64,000 nucleotides of DNA from Malacoraja senta. Its lineage: Eukaryota. This document shows positions 37,591 to 50,600 of the stretch, one piece after another (position 1 is the first letter of the stretch; every line of letters begins with the position of its first letter). The stretch covers positions 8,000,001 through 8,064,000 of the forward strand of contig CM075997.1 in the NCBI GenBank assembly GCA_038087875.1, given 5' to 3'. Position numbers and translations under genes: made by a program. Under the pieces are notes generated by a model. It saw only the letters and a program-made list of their open reading frames with translations, did no database searches and was not told the DNA's origin.

Positions 37591-40500
37591 CCATTGTAAG
37601 GGGAATAGATAGGCGTTTCTGCAGCCGCAAACGAGACTCCAGGATGGTATGTTGCCTCCCTGGTGCAAGGGTCAGGGATGTCACTGAACGGCTGCAGAAC
37701 ATTCTGGAGGGGGAGGGTGAACAGCCAGTTGTCGTGGTGCACATTGGCACCAACGATATAGGTAAAAAAAGGGATGAGGTCCTACAAGGTGAATTTAGGG
37801 AGCTAGGAGATAAACTTAAAAGCAGGACCTCAAAGGTAATAATCTCTGGATTACAACCAGTGCCACGGGCTAGTCAGAGTAGAAATAGGAGGATATTGTA
37901 GATGAATACGTGGCTTGAAAAATGGTGCAAGGGGGAGGGATTCAAATTTCTAGGGCATTGGAACCAGTTCTGGGGGAGGTGGGACCAGTACAAACAGGAC
38001 AGTCTGCACCTGGGCTGGAATGGAACCAATATCCTTGGGGGAGTGTTTGCTAGTGCTGTCGGGGAGGATTTAAACTAATGTGGCAGGGGGATGGGTGCAA
38101 GGGCAGAGAGGCAGAGGGGTGTAAAATGAGGGTAGAAGCAATAGGTAGCAAGGTGAAAAGTAAAAGTGGCAGGCAGACAAATCCAGGGCAAAAATCAAAA
38201 AGGGCCACTTTTCAACATAATTGTATAAGGGGTAAGAGTGTTGTAAAAACAAGCCTGAAGGCTTTGTATCTTAATGCAAGGAGCATTCGTAATAAGGTGG
38301 ATGAGTTGAATGTGCAGATAGTTATTAATGCATATGATATAGTTGGGATCACGGAGACATGGCTCCAGGGTGACCAAGGCTGGGAGCTGATGATCCAGGG
38401 ATATTCAATATTCAGGAGGGATAGACAGAAAGGAAAAGGAGGCGGGGTAGCTTTGCTGGTTAGAGAGGAGATTAACTCAATAGAAAGGAAGGACATTAGC
38501 TTGGAGGATGTGGAATCGATATGGGTAGAGCTGCGAAACACTAAGGGGCAGAAAACGCTAGTGGGAGTTGTGTACAGGCCACCTAACAGTAGTAGTGGAG
38601 TTGGGAATGGCATCAAACAGGAAATTAGAAATGCATGCAACAAAGGTAAAACAATTATAATGGGTGACTTCAATCTACAATATAGATTGGGTGAATCAAA
38701 TTGGCAGGGGTGCTGAGGAAGAGGATTTCTTGGAATGTATGCAGGATAGATGGCGGATGTGCAGGAGTGGGCGCCGTTTGTATGGGCGCCTGCCTGCAGT
38801 CCGTCCTCTAACTCTTTTATTGTCTACAATTTTTTTGGGGGAGTCTGTTCTTTCTATGTGGGGGGGGGAGAACTGCTTTAACCCCAGTCCTACCTGGTCG
38901 GAGATGCGGTTTTCCTCCAAATCGCATCCCCGATCTCCCCATCCGATCTCCCCATGCGGCCTTCCATCGGGCTGGAGCGGCGTTCCTGCCGAGGACCACA
39001 GCTTCGGCGGCACAGCGCTGGGACACCAACAAGGAGCGGGCGATGCCTTGCCAGGCCGCCGCTCCGGAGTGCTGTGACCGCTGACCACCAACATCGAGCA
39101 GCTTTGGTCTGCCGTTTGAGGGCATCCCGCCGCGGGCGGGCGGCGCTGGATCAAAAACACCGCGGAGTCAAAACTCCAACCGGCGCGGCCTGAAGACTAC
39201 GGGCATCGCAGTCTCCGGGGAAGGAGCGGCCGCTCCAGAACCTTCAAGGCCGCTGAGGACTTTTCCACCCGATGCCGGTGTTGCAGCTACCCGGCATGTG
39301 GGCCTATAATCATCGGGCTGCCGTTGCGGCGACTGGCTGCGGTGGCCTCAAACTGGCCCCGACTTCGGGTGGACTAGGAGGAGGAGGAGGACTGGACATT
39401 TTAGTGCTTTCCCTCACAGTGGAGAGTGTAGATTCTGCTGTGGGGGGATGTTCGTGTTGAATCTCTTATAGTGTGTTGTGTCATTTTTTCTACCTCTTTT
39501 TATTATTGATATGGATAATTTTCTCTGTAAAGCACTTTGGCTTCTTTGATTGAAATTGATTGAAAAGTGCTATATAAATAAATTTACTTGACTTTACTTT
39601 ACTTTATTATAGGTTTCTAAACCAACATGTAGAGGAACCGACGAGAGAGCAGGCTATTCTAGACTTGGTATTGAGTAATGAGGAAGGGTTAGTTAGCAGT
39701 CTTGTTGTGCGTGGCCCCTTGGGCAAGAGCAGAGTGACATTGTTAAATCAGAAACAAGGGTCCTGAACTTAAAGAAAGGTGACTTTGATGGTATGAGACG
39801 TGAATTGGCCAAGATAGACTGGCAAATGATTCTTAAAGGGTTGACAGTGGATATGCAATGGAAGGCATTTAAAAACTGCATGGATGAACTACAACAATTG
39901 TTCTTCCCAGTTTAGCAAAAGAATATATCGGGGAAGGTAGTGCATCCGTGCATAACAAGGGAAATCAGGGATAGTATCAAAACAAAAGATGAAGCGTTCA
40001 AATTAGCCAGAAATAGCAGCCTACCAGAGGCCTGGGAGCAATTCAGAGTCCAGCAGAGGAGGACAAAAGGCTTAATTAGGAAAGGGAAAATAGATAATGA
40101 AGGAAAACTGGCAGGGAACATAAAAACTGACTGCAAATGTTTTTATAGATATGTGAAGAGGAAAAGATTAGTTAAAACAAATGTAGGTCCCTTGCAGTCA
40201 GAAACAGGCGAATTGATCATGGGGAACAAGGTAATGGCAGACCAATTGAATAACTACTTTGGTTCTGTCTTCACTATGGAAGACATAAATAATCTGCCGG
40301 AAATAGCAAGGGACCGGGGGTTAAATGAGATGGAGGAACTGAGTGAAATCCAGGTTAGCCGGGAAGTGGTGTTAGGTAAATTGAATGGATTAAAGGCCGA
40401 TAAATCCCCAGGGCCAGATAAGTTGCATCCCAGAGTACTTAAGGAAGTAGCCGCAGAAATAGTGGATGCATTAGTGATAATTTTTCAAAACTCTTTAGAT

Positions 40501-41985
40501 TCTGGAGTAGGTCCTGAGGACTGGAGGGTAGCTAATGTAACCCCACTTTTTAAAAAGGGAGGGAGAGAGAAAACGGGGAATTACAGACCAGTTAGTCTAA
40601 CGTCGGTGGTGGGGAAAATTCTGGAGTCAGTTATTAAAGATGGGATAGCAGCACATTTGGAAAGTGGTGAATTCATTGGACAAACTCAGCATGGATTTAT
40701 GAAAGGTAAATCATGTCTGACGAATCTTATAGAATTTTTCGAGGATGTAACTAGTAGAGTGGATAAGGGAGACCCAGTGGATGTGTTATATCTGGACTTT
40801 CAGAAGGCTTTTGACAAGGTCCCACATAAGAGATTAGTATGCAACCTTAAAGCACACGGTATTGGGGGTTCAGTATTGATGTGGATAGAGAACTGGCTGG
40901 CAGACATGAAGCAAAGAGTAGGAGTAAACGGGTCCTTTTCAGAATGGCAGGCAGTGACTAGTGGGGTACCGCAAGGCTCAGTGCTGGGACCCCAGCTATT
41001 TACAATATATATTGATGAACTGGATGAGGGAATTGAATGCAACATCTCCACGTTTGCGGATGACACGAAGCTGGGGGGCAGTGTTAGCTGTGAGGAGGGT
41101 GCCAGGAGGCTGCAAGGTGACTTGGATAGGTTGGGTGAGTGGGCAAATGCATGGCAGATGCAGTATAATGTGGATAAATGTGAGGTTATCCACTTTTGTG
41201 GCAAAAACAGGAAAGTAGACTATTATCTGAATGGTGGCCGATTAGGAAAAGGGGAGATGCAATGAGACCTGGGTGTCATGGTACACCAGTCATTGAAAGT
41301 AGGCATGCAGGTGCAGCAGGCAGTGAAGAAAGCAAATGGTATGTTAGCATTCATAGCAAAAGGATTTGAGTATAAGAGCAGGGAGTTTCTACTGCAGTTG
41401 TACAGGGTCTTGGTGAGACCACACCTGGAGTATTGCGTACAGTTTTGGTCTCCTAATCTGAGGAAAGACATTCTTGCCATAGAGGGAGTACAGAGAAGGT
41501 TCACCAGACTGATTCCTGGGATGGCAGTACTTTCATATGAAGAAAGACTGGATAGACTCGGCTTGTACACGCTAGAATTTAGAATATTGAGGGGGGATCT
41601 TATAGAAACTTACAAAATTCTTAAGGGGTTGGACAGGCTAGATGCAGGAAGATTATTCCCGATGTTGGGGAAGTCCAGAACTAGGGGTCACAGTTTATGG
41701 ATAAGAGGGAAGTCTTTTAGGACCCAGATGAGAAAATCATTTTTTACACAGAGAGTGGTGAATCTGTGAAATTCTCTGCCACAGAAGGTAGTTGAGGTCA
41801 GTTCATTGGCTATATTTAAGAGGGATGTTAGATGTGGCCCTTGTGGCTAAAGGGATTAGGGGGTATGGAGGGAAGGCAGGGATGGGATACTGAGTTGGAT
41901 GATCAGCCATGATCATATCGAATGGCGGTGCAGGCTCGAAGGGCCGAATGGCCTACACATGCACCTATTTTCTATGTTTTTATGT
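37590..41985 (+). mobile_element. CR1 LINE truncated in ORF1, with several stops
   Basis: Esterase HIGTND; APE at 38078-38716; RT at 39940-41265 (FADD); ttctatg tail. Confidence 0.95.
38750..39608 (+). mobile_element. GC-rich non-coding retroelement, copy B, with L2-like tail
   Basis: Interrupts CR1 at ECMQDR|FLNQHV with atag duplicated; ends tgtaaagcactttgg...aaagtgctatataaataaa then (acttt)n. Confidence 0.8.
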
Positions 41986-42395
41986 TATTGCATCCACTGC
42001 TCTAGATGTCAGCTGCTCTACATCGGTGAGACCAAGCATTCCGAATCCAACCTCCTCCATGGACAGAGTGAGGAACACCATAAATTGGAGGAGCAGCACC
42101 TCATATTTCGCTTGGGCAGTTTACATCCCAGCGGTATGAACATCGACTTCTCTAATTTCAGGTAGTCCTTACTTTCTCCTCCCCTTCTCAGCTCTCCCAA
42201 CAGCCCACTGGCTCCACCTCTTCCTTTCTTCTTCCTGCCCCCCCTCCCCCTCCCCACCCTCACATCAGTCTTAAGAAGGGTTTGGGCCCAAAACGTTGCC
42301 TATTTCCTTCGCTCCATAGATGCTGCCTCACCCGCTGAGTTTCTCCAGCACTTTTGTCTACCTTCGATTGTCCAGCATCTGCAGTTCCTTCTTAG
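41986..42395 (+). mobile_element. Penelope GIY-YIG end and terminal repeat
   Basis: YCIHCSRCQLLYIGETK...GMNIDFSNFR; decayed hammerhead-like motif at ~42270. Confidence 0.88.
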
Positions 42396-42399
42396 ACAC

Positions 42400-42965
42400 A
42401 TGAATCCCTACTCTTTGTTTCTTGTCTGCCAACTAATTTTCTATCCATGTCAGCACTCTACCCCCAATACCATGTGCCCTAATTTTGCCCAGTAATCTCT
42501 TATGTGGGACCTTATCAAATGCTTTCTGATAGTCCAGGTACACTACATCCACTGGCTCTCCCTTGTCCATTTTCCTGGTTACATCCTCAAAAAATTCCAG
42601 AAGATTAGTCAAGGATGATTTCCCCATCGTAAATCCATGCTGACTTGGACCGATCCTGTTACTGCTATCCAAATGTTCCGCTTTTTCATCTTACATCTTT
42701 TATGATTGACTCCAGCATCTTCACCACCACGGATGTCAGGCTAACTGGTCTATGATTCCCTGTTTTCTCTCTCCCGCCTTTCTTAAAAAGTAGGATAACA
42801 TTACCTACCCTCCAATCCACAGGAACTGATCCTGAATCCATAGAACATTTGGAAAATGGACACCAATGCGTCCACGATTTCTAGAGCCACTTCCTTAAGT
42901 ACCCTGGGATGCAGACCATCAGGCCCTGGGGATTTATCAGCCTTCAGTCCTATCAGTCTACCCAG
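42400..42965 (-). mobile_element. CR1 RT fragment
   Basis: SQHGF...LTNLLEFFEDVT...VDVVYLDYQKAFDKVPH. Confidence 0.88.
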
Positions 42966-44186
42966 TTCAGACACAGGCTCTTCAGCCCACTGCCTCCATG
43001 CCCATCATCACACTGATTCATTCCACCTGCTCTCAGACAGTATCTGTCCACGCCTTGCCTCTTTGTGGCACGTTACCGGGTTCCATGACGGGTTAGCCGC
43101 GGCCACTCCCTGACATTAGCCCTGGCTCACCCGTCATGGAACCAGGGAAGCCTCTGAGCCCCTGCTTGCCCCAAGGACCAATCAGAACAGTTGCCCGGTA
43201 AGCAGGCCGGCTGTGGGATGCAGTGCAGGGTGCCCCCACGGTGAAGTGGGTCGCTGGAGGCCCTGCAGCAGCCTGGGGCTTGAGTAGATCGGGTGCCATT
43301 CCAAGAGGCCGAGTTCTTGGACCAGACGCAGCCTACAATTTCACATAGTAGAGGTGAGGGACACCAAAAGCTGCGCATGGCCAGGCTGACCCTGCAACGC
43401 CACCAGGACAAAAGGTCTTTACGGTCAGTTTAAGAAACTCTACCCTTACAAGTGGGATATGAAAATGGCATCAAATGTGATGACTTTTATACTGTTTCAG
43501 AGTACTATCTCTATACACGTACTTAGTTAAGATGTGCTTATGTATGGTAATAGTTGTATTGAACTGTAGGCAAACATGAATTTTGCTGTACCTCAGTAGA
43601 TGAGACAGTAAAGTGAAATGTTCAAGGATGCCTTCATTGTCTTCATTCGGGGTGTTCAGTTCTGGGGACAGATTCGATTGGCTGGGTTTATTTCACCCAG
43701 AGTGTTGCAAGCTGAAGGGTGACTAGGTAGAGGTTTATAGGTTGCTGAGAGGCAGAGATAGAGTGGATAGTCAGATTCTACCTCCCATGTCAGGGGTAGC
43801 AAAGCTAAGAGGCCATAGTTTAAGATGAGAGGAAATTGTCTTAGAGAGGACCTGAGGGGTGAGTCTTTCACAGAGATTGGTTGATATCTGGATCTCATTG
43901 CCAGAGGAGGTGGCGGGAACGGATACAATCAGAGGCACAGAGACAGGCACAAAGAGGCAAGGTGGGGACAGATACTGTCTGAGAGCCGGTGGATAGAATC
44001 AGTGTGGATGGGCAGGGAGGCGGTGGGCTGATAGCCTGTGTCTGAACTGTGCACCATGCTGACTCCATGACTCTGCCTGTCCAGAAGAGGAGAATGCTCT
44101 GGGACCCCTGTTGGGCTGGGGTCACCACGCCACCTGGGAGGGTCTGTGTGGGAGACCTACTCCTGCCAGCCTCCTACTTACACAAC

Positions 44187-44772
44187 GACAGATATGTCCC
44201 CACCGGTACTGTACCCCAATGTTATACAGTGACAGACCCATCCCTACCAGTACTGTACCCCAATGTTATACAGCGACAGACCCATGTCCACCAGTACTGT
44301 ACCACAGTGTTATACAGTGACAGACCCAACCCACCAGTACTGTACCCCACTATTGTACAGCAACAATCTCATCATATCATAAAGGATTGGAGTAGAATTA
44401 GGCCATTCGGCCCATCAAGTCTACTATACCATTCAATCATGGCTGATCCATCTCTCCTTCTTAACCGCATTCTCCTGCCTTCTACCCATAACCTCTGACA
44501 CATGTACCAATCAAGAACCTGTACCAAGAACCTGTACCAACCTGTACCGTCCCCACAAGACTGAACCCCAGTGTTGAAAGTGAAAGACCCATCACCACTG
44601 GTACCGTACCCCAGTGTTATACAGTGACAATCCTGTGCCCATTGATACTGTACCCCAGTTTTATACCATCACAGATTCATCCCCAGCAGAACTGAACCCC
44701 AGTGTTATACGACGACAAATCCATCCCCACTGGCACTATACTCCATTGTTATGCAGCGATAGACCATCCCCT
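44187..44772. repeat. ~43-bp degenerate minisatellite interrupted by a CR1 3' fragment (~44375-44515)
   Basis: Recurring cagtactgtaccccagtgttatacagtgacagaccc unit. Confidence 0.85.
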
Positions 44773-45144
44773 ATTTCTCTGTGACATCTTTTTTTAAAGT
44801 GATACAGCATGGAACCAGGATAATGTGTAGGAAGGAACTACAGATGCTGGTTTATGCTCCCTCAGGGTCTGAAAAAGGGACTTGATACACAACGTCACCC
44901 ATTTCTCCTCTCCAGAGATTCTGCCTGTCAAGCTGAGTTACTCCAGCATTTTCTGTCCAACTTCAATGGAGACAAGCCATTTGGCCCGTCAAGTCCATGC
45001 CGACCATCGATCACCCGATCACACTATTCCTATGTTTTCCCAATTTCGCATCCACTCCTTACACATTAGGGACAATTAGAGGCCAATTAACATATCTGCA
45101 TGTCTTTGGGAAGTGGAAGAAAACTGGATCACCTGGAGAAAAAG

Positions 45145-45700
45145 CCGCATTTGGAATATTGTGAGTAATTCTGGGCACCATATCTGAGGAAGGATGTGCT
45201 GGCTCTGGAGTGGGTCCAGAGGAGGTTTACAAGAATGATCCCAGGAATGAGTAGGTTATCATATGATGAGTGTTTGTCGGCACTGGGCCTGTACTCGCAG
45301 GAGTTTAGAAGAATGAGGGAGGACCTCATTGAAACATACAGAATAGTGAAAGGCTTGGATAGAGTGGATGTGGAGAGGATGTTTCCACTAGTGGGAGAAT
45401 CTAGGAATAGAGGTCTTAGCCTCAGAATTAAAGCATGTTCTTTTAGGAAGGAGAGGAGGAGAAATTTATTTAGGTAGATGGTGGTGAATCTGTGAAATTC
45501 TTTGCTACAGAAGGCTGTGGAGGCCAAGACAGGATATTTTTAAGGCAGAGATAGATTCTTGATTATCATGGGTGTCAGAGATTATGGGGAGAAGGCAGGA
45601 GAATGGGGTTTGGAGGAAGAGATAGATCAGCCATAATTGAACGGCGGTAGACTTGAAGGATCGAATGGCCTAATTCTACTCTTATCACTTATGACCTTAT
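45145..45700 (+). mobile_element. CR1 3' fragment
   Basis: VQRRFTRMIPGM...LIETYRIVKGLDRVD. Confidence 0.88.
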
Positions 45701-47646
45701 GAAGGCAAGGCAAGGCAAGGCAAATTTATTTGTATGGCACCATTCGTGCAAACAGCAATTCAAGGTGCTTTACAGGAAAGAAAAAATAAAATAGTAAATA
45801 ATTAAAAATTGCAAAATAAGCAATACGACAAATGTATGAATAATAAAACAACGTCAATGAAGCAATAAAACAATTTAAAAAAACACATAAAAGGGTTAAA
45901 ATTAGACAGTTAAGATTACCTGCATGTCAGGTTATGGAAAAGCTATAGTAAACAACAGTGTTTTAAGGCCTGATTTAAATGCGCTTACAGTCTGTGCCCA
46001 CCTCAGGTGTTCAGGGAGCTTGTTCCACAGGTGTGGTGCATAAAAACCCAATGCTGCTTCAGCCTTTTTAGTTCTGACCCTGGGAACACAGAGTAAACCT
46101 GTCCCTGAAGACCTGAGGAGTCTAGGCGCCTCATACACAACAAGTAGGTCAGAGATGTATTTTGGACCTAGACCATTCAGTGCCTTGTAGGTCAGTAACA
46201 GAATCTTAAAATCTATCCTCTTACACACAGGGAGCCAGTGCAAAGATTTAAGGACAGGTGTAATATGGTCCATTTTCTTGGTGTTGGTCAAGACTCTGGC
46301 AGCGGCATTTTGGATAAGCTGCAGTTGTTTAATTGATTTTTTATTGAGACCTGTAAAGATGCCATTACAATAATCTAACCTACTAAAACTATATGCATGA
46401 ACAAGTTTTTCAGTGTCTTCTTTGGACAGAAATCCCTTGATTCTTGCAATATTTTTAAAATGGTAATAGGCAGATCTGGTAATGGTCTTTATATGGCTGT
46501 TAAAATTCAAATCCGAGTCCATAACTACACCAAGGTTTCTGGCTTTGTCTGTGGTTTTCAGTGCAATTGAGTCGAGTTGAGCACTCACCTCTAGCCTTGT
46601 TTTTTTGGGACCAAAGACAATAATTTCTGTCTTATTTGCATTGAGCTGGAGGAAGTTCTGGTTCATCCACTCATTGATATGTTTGACACATTGGCTCAGT
46701 GAGTGTAGGGGACTATGGTCATGTGGTGACACTGCGATATATAGTTGTGTGTCATCGGCATAAGTGTGGTAGGATATGTTAAAATGCTCTATGATCTGAG
46801 CTAGGGGGAGCATATAAATGTTGAACAAAATGGGTCCAAGAATGGAGCCCTGAGGAACCCCGCATGTGAGTTTTGTACGTTCTGATTCAAAATTACCAAG
46901 GGAAACAAAATAATCCCGAACTTTCAAGTAAGATTTGAACCAGTCCAGCACAGAACCAGAGAATCCCACCCACTTCTCCAGTCTGTCAAGCAGTATGTTG
47001 TGGTCCACCGTATCAAAAGCAGCACTGAGATCTAAAAGTACCCAAACTTAAACTTTTGATGCATCACTGTTTAAATGTATGTTGTTTAGGACCTTAGTGA
47101 GTGCAGTCTCAGTGCTGTGATGTGGCTAAAATCCCGACTGGAAAACATTAAAAATATTGTTTTGGGTCATAAAGCAATAAATTTGTTGATAAACTACCCT
47201 TTCAATAATCTTTGCCAAAAATGCTAAATTAGATATGGGCCTGTAGTTGCTCATAGCTGAGGCATCCAAATTAGGCTTCTTCAATAGGGGCTTGATCACT
47301 GCTGTTTTTAAGGCTTCGGGAAAATGCCCCGATTGAAGGGAAGTGTTTACTATGTTCAGTACTTCTGGTGCAACACTGTTAAAAATATTTTTAAAGAAGC
47401 TTGTGGGCAGCAGATCAAGACAGCAGGTAGTGGACTTTAGCTGTTGAACAGTTTCAGTCAGAGATGCACAATCTAAAAGTGTAAAATGTTGTAGATTCAT
47501 TAGTGAATCTGAAGGCATAGGTGACAAAGCCATGTTCCCTGAGGTGGAGCTAGACATTGTTTGTCTTATCTTCAGAATTTTATCGGTGAAGAAATCTGCA
47601 AAGTCATTGCACGACTTGCTGGACAGGAGCTCAGGAGGGACTGATG

Positions 47647-50600
47647 TAGATTTGGGAGCAACAGCAGCAGGAGATTAGCAAGAGATACGACTGATTGGCT
47701 CTAGCCCGAGTGGGAGGAGAGAAGTGAGTCAGTGCTGGGAAAACAGTTGAAAACTGAGGAATTTTGTTTGTAAAATGGTAAATCAGGCAATTTATCCGTC
47801 AATTTAAGCAAGACGGCTCTTACCGAGCGGCAGTGAGTGAGCGGCCTAGTGAGGGTAGTGCCCTGTGAGTAAAGTGTGAGTCTTTGGCTCGAGAGTCTTC
47901 GGCAAGGAGGCTGAGGAGAGGAGACCACGCAATACGCTTGAGAGGTAGAGACGAAAGAAGGAGATGTCAGGCAAGCTGATTCAGTGCGATGCTTGCAGTA
48001 TGTGGGAGGTCAAGGACACCGCTGGTGCCTCTGGCTGCTACAAATGCGAGAAGTGCATCCAGGTAGAGCTCCTGAAGGGACGTGTTGGGGAACTGGAGAA
48101 GCAAGTGGATGACCTCCGGTTCGTCCGAGAAACGGAGTCGTTCCTCGACAAGTCCTACAGTACGATTGTTACACCTAAGGTACTGGAAGAGAGAAGGTGG
48201 GAGACGGTGAGAAAGGGAGGGAAGCATGGAATGCCAACGTCCCCGGGTGTTGTACCTCTTGTGAACAGCTTCACCCGCTTAGAAGCTGTTGGGACAGAAG
48301 ACGTGTTTACACTGAGCGGCGGTCTGGCTTGCGATGCGAATAGGGCTGTTGAGCCAAAACCAAAAAGGCCTAAGGCAGGCAACGCCATTGTAGTGGGAGA
48401 CTCGATTGTGAGACTGGATAGACTTGGCTTATACTCGCTAGAATTTAGGAGATTGAGAGGGGATCTTATAGAAACGTACAAGATTCTTATGGGGTTGGAC
48501 AGGCTAGATGCAGGAAGATTGTTCCCGATGTTGGGGAAGTCCAGGACAAGGGGTCACAGCTTAAGGATAAGGGGAAAATCCTTTAAGACCGAGATGAGGA
48601 AAAACTTTTTCACACAGAGAGTGGTGAATCTCTGGAACTCTCTGCCACAGAGGGTAGTTGAGGCCAGTTCATTGGCTATATTTAAGAGGGAATTAGATGT
48701 GGCCCTTGTGGCTAAAGGGATCAGGGGGTATGGAGAAAAGGCAGGTACGGGATACTGAGTTGGATGATCAGCCATGATCGTATTGAATGGCGGTGCAGGC
48801 TCGAAGGGCCGAATGGCCTACTCCTGCACCTAATTTCTATGTATCTATGTATGTATCTATGAGAGGTACGGACAGGGGTTTCTGTGGCAACAGACGGGAT
48901 GCGAGGATGGTGTGCTGCCTTCCTGGTGCCAGGATCCAGGATGTCACGGACAGAGTGCAGAAAATCCTCAAGGGCGAAGGTGAACATCCGGAAGTGGTAG
49001 TGCATGTCGGCACAAACGATGTCGGAAAGAAGGGGATGAATATTCTGCAGCGTGACTTTAGAGAGCTCGGAAAAATGCTGAAAAGCAGGACCTCCAGGGT
49101 TGTTATCTCCGGTTTGCTTCCAGTTCCTCGTGCTGGCGAGAGCAGGAACAGGGAGATACGGGACCTGAACGTGTGGCTCAGGAACTGGTGCACGGGGCAG
49201 GGATTTAGATTCTTAGATCACTGGGATCTGTTTTGGGGTAAGGGGGAACTGTACAAAAGGGACGGATTGCATCTTAACAGGTGTGGGACCAGCATTCTGG
49301 CAGGCAGGTTTGCCACTGCTACACGGGTGGTTTTAAACTGAATAAGGGGGGTGGGGTGTCGAATGGGATAGTGGAGGATGGAGTTAAAGGGAAAGGGTTT
49401 CTTAAATGTGTGAGCGTAGAGACAGAGGAGTGTAAAATGAGGGTAGAAGCAATAGGTAGCAAGGTGAAAAGTAAAAGTGGAAGACAGACAAAACCAGGGC
49501 AAAAATCAAAAAGGGCCACTTTTCAACATAATTGTATAAGGGGTAAGAGTGTTGTAAAAACAAGCCTGAAGGCTTTGTGTCTCAATGCAAGGAGCATTCG
49601 TAATAAGGTGGATGAGTTGAATGTGCAGATAGCTATTAATGACTATGATATAGTTGGGATCACGGAGACATGGCTCCAGGGTGACCAAGGCTGGGAGCTG
49701 AACATCCAGGGATATTCAATATTCAGGAGGGATAGAGAGAAAGGAAAAGGAGGTGGGGTAGCATTGCTGATTAGAGAGGAGATTAACGCAATGGAAAGGA
49801 AGGACATTAGGTTCGAGGATGTGGAATCGGTATGGGTAGAGCTGCGAAACACTAAGGGGCAGAAAACGCTGGTGGGTGTTGTGTACAGGCCACCTAACAG
49901 TAGTAGTGACGTTGGAGATGGTATCAAACAGGAAATTAGAAATGCGTGCGACAAAGGCAAAACAGTTATAATGGGTGACTTCAATCTACATATAGATTGG
50001 GTGAATCAAATTGGCAGGGGTGCTGAGGAAGAGGATTTCTTGGAATGTATGGGGGATAGTTATCTAAATCAACATGTAGAGGAACCAACGAGAGAGCAGG
50101 CTATTTTAGATTGGGTATTGAGTAATGAGGAAGGGTTAGTTAGCAATCTTGTTGTACGTGCCCCCTTGGGCAAGAGTGACCATAACATGGTTGAGTTCTT
50201 CATTAGGATGGAGAGTGACATTATTAATTCAGAAACAATGATTCTGAACTTAAAGAAAGGTAACTTTGAGGGTATGAGACGTGAATTGGCCATGATTGAC
50301 TGGCAATTAATTCTAAAAGGGTTGACGGTGGACATGCAATGGAAGACATTTAAAGACTGCATGGATGAACTACAAAAATTGTTCATCCCAGTTTGGCAAA
50401 AGAATAAATCAGGGAAGGTAGTGCATCCGTGGATAACAAGGGAAATCAGATATGGTATCAAAGCGAAGGATGATGCGTACAAATTAGCCAGAAAAAGCAG
50501 CATACCAGAGGACTGGGAGAAATTCAGAGACTAGCAGAGGAGGACAAAGGGCTTAATTAGGAAAGGAAAAATAGATTATGAAAGAAAACTGGCAAGGAAC

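Noticed and set aside
44187..44772. Repeats with variable intervening sequence, CRISPR-like at first sight
   Set aside because: The intervening parts are homologous to each other; it is a degenerate minisatellite.
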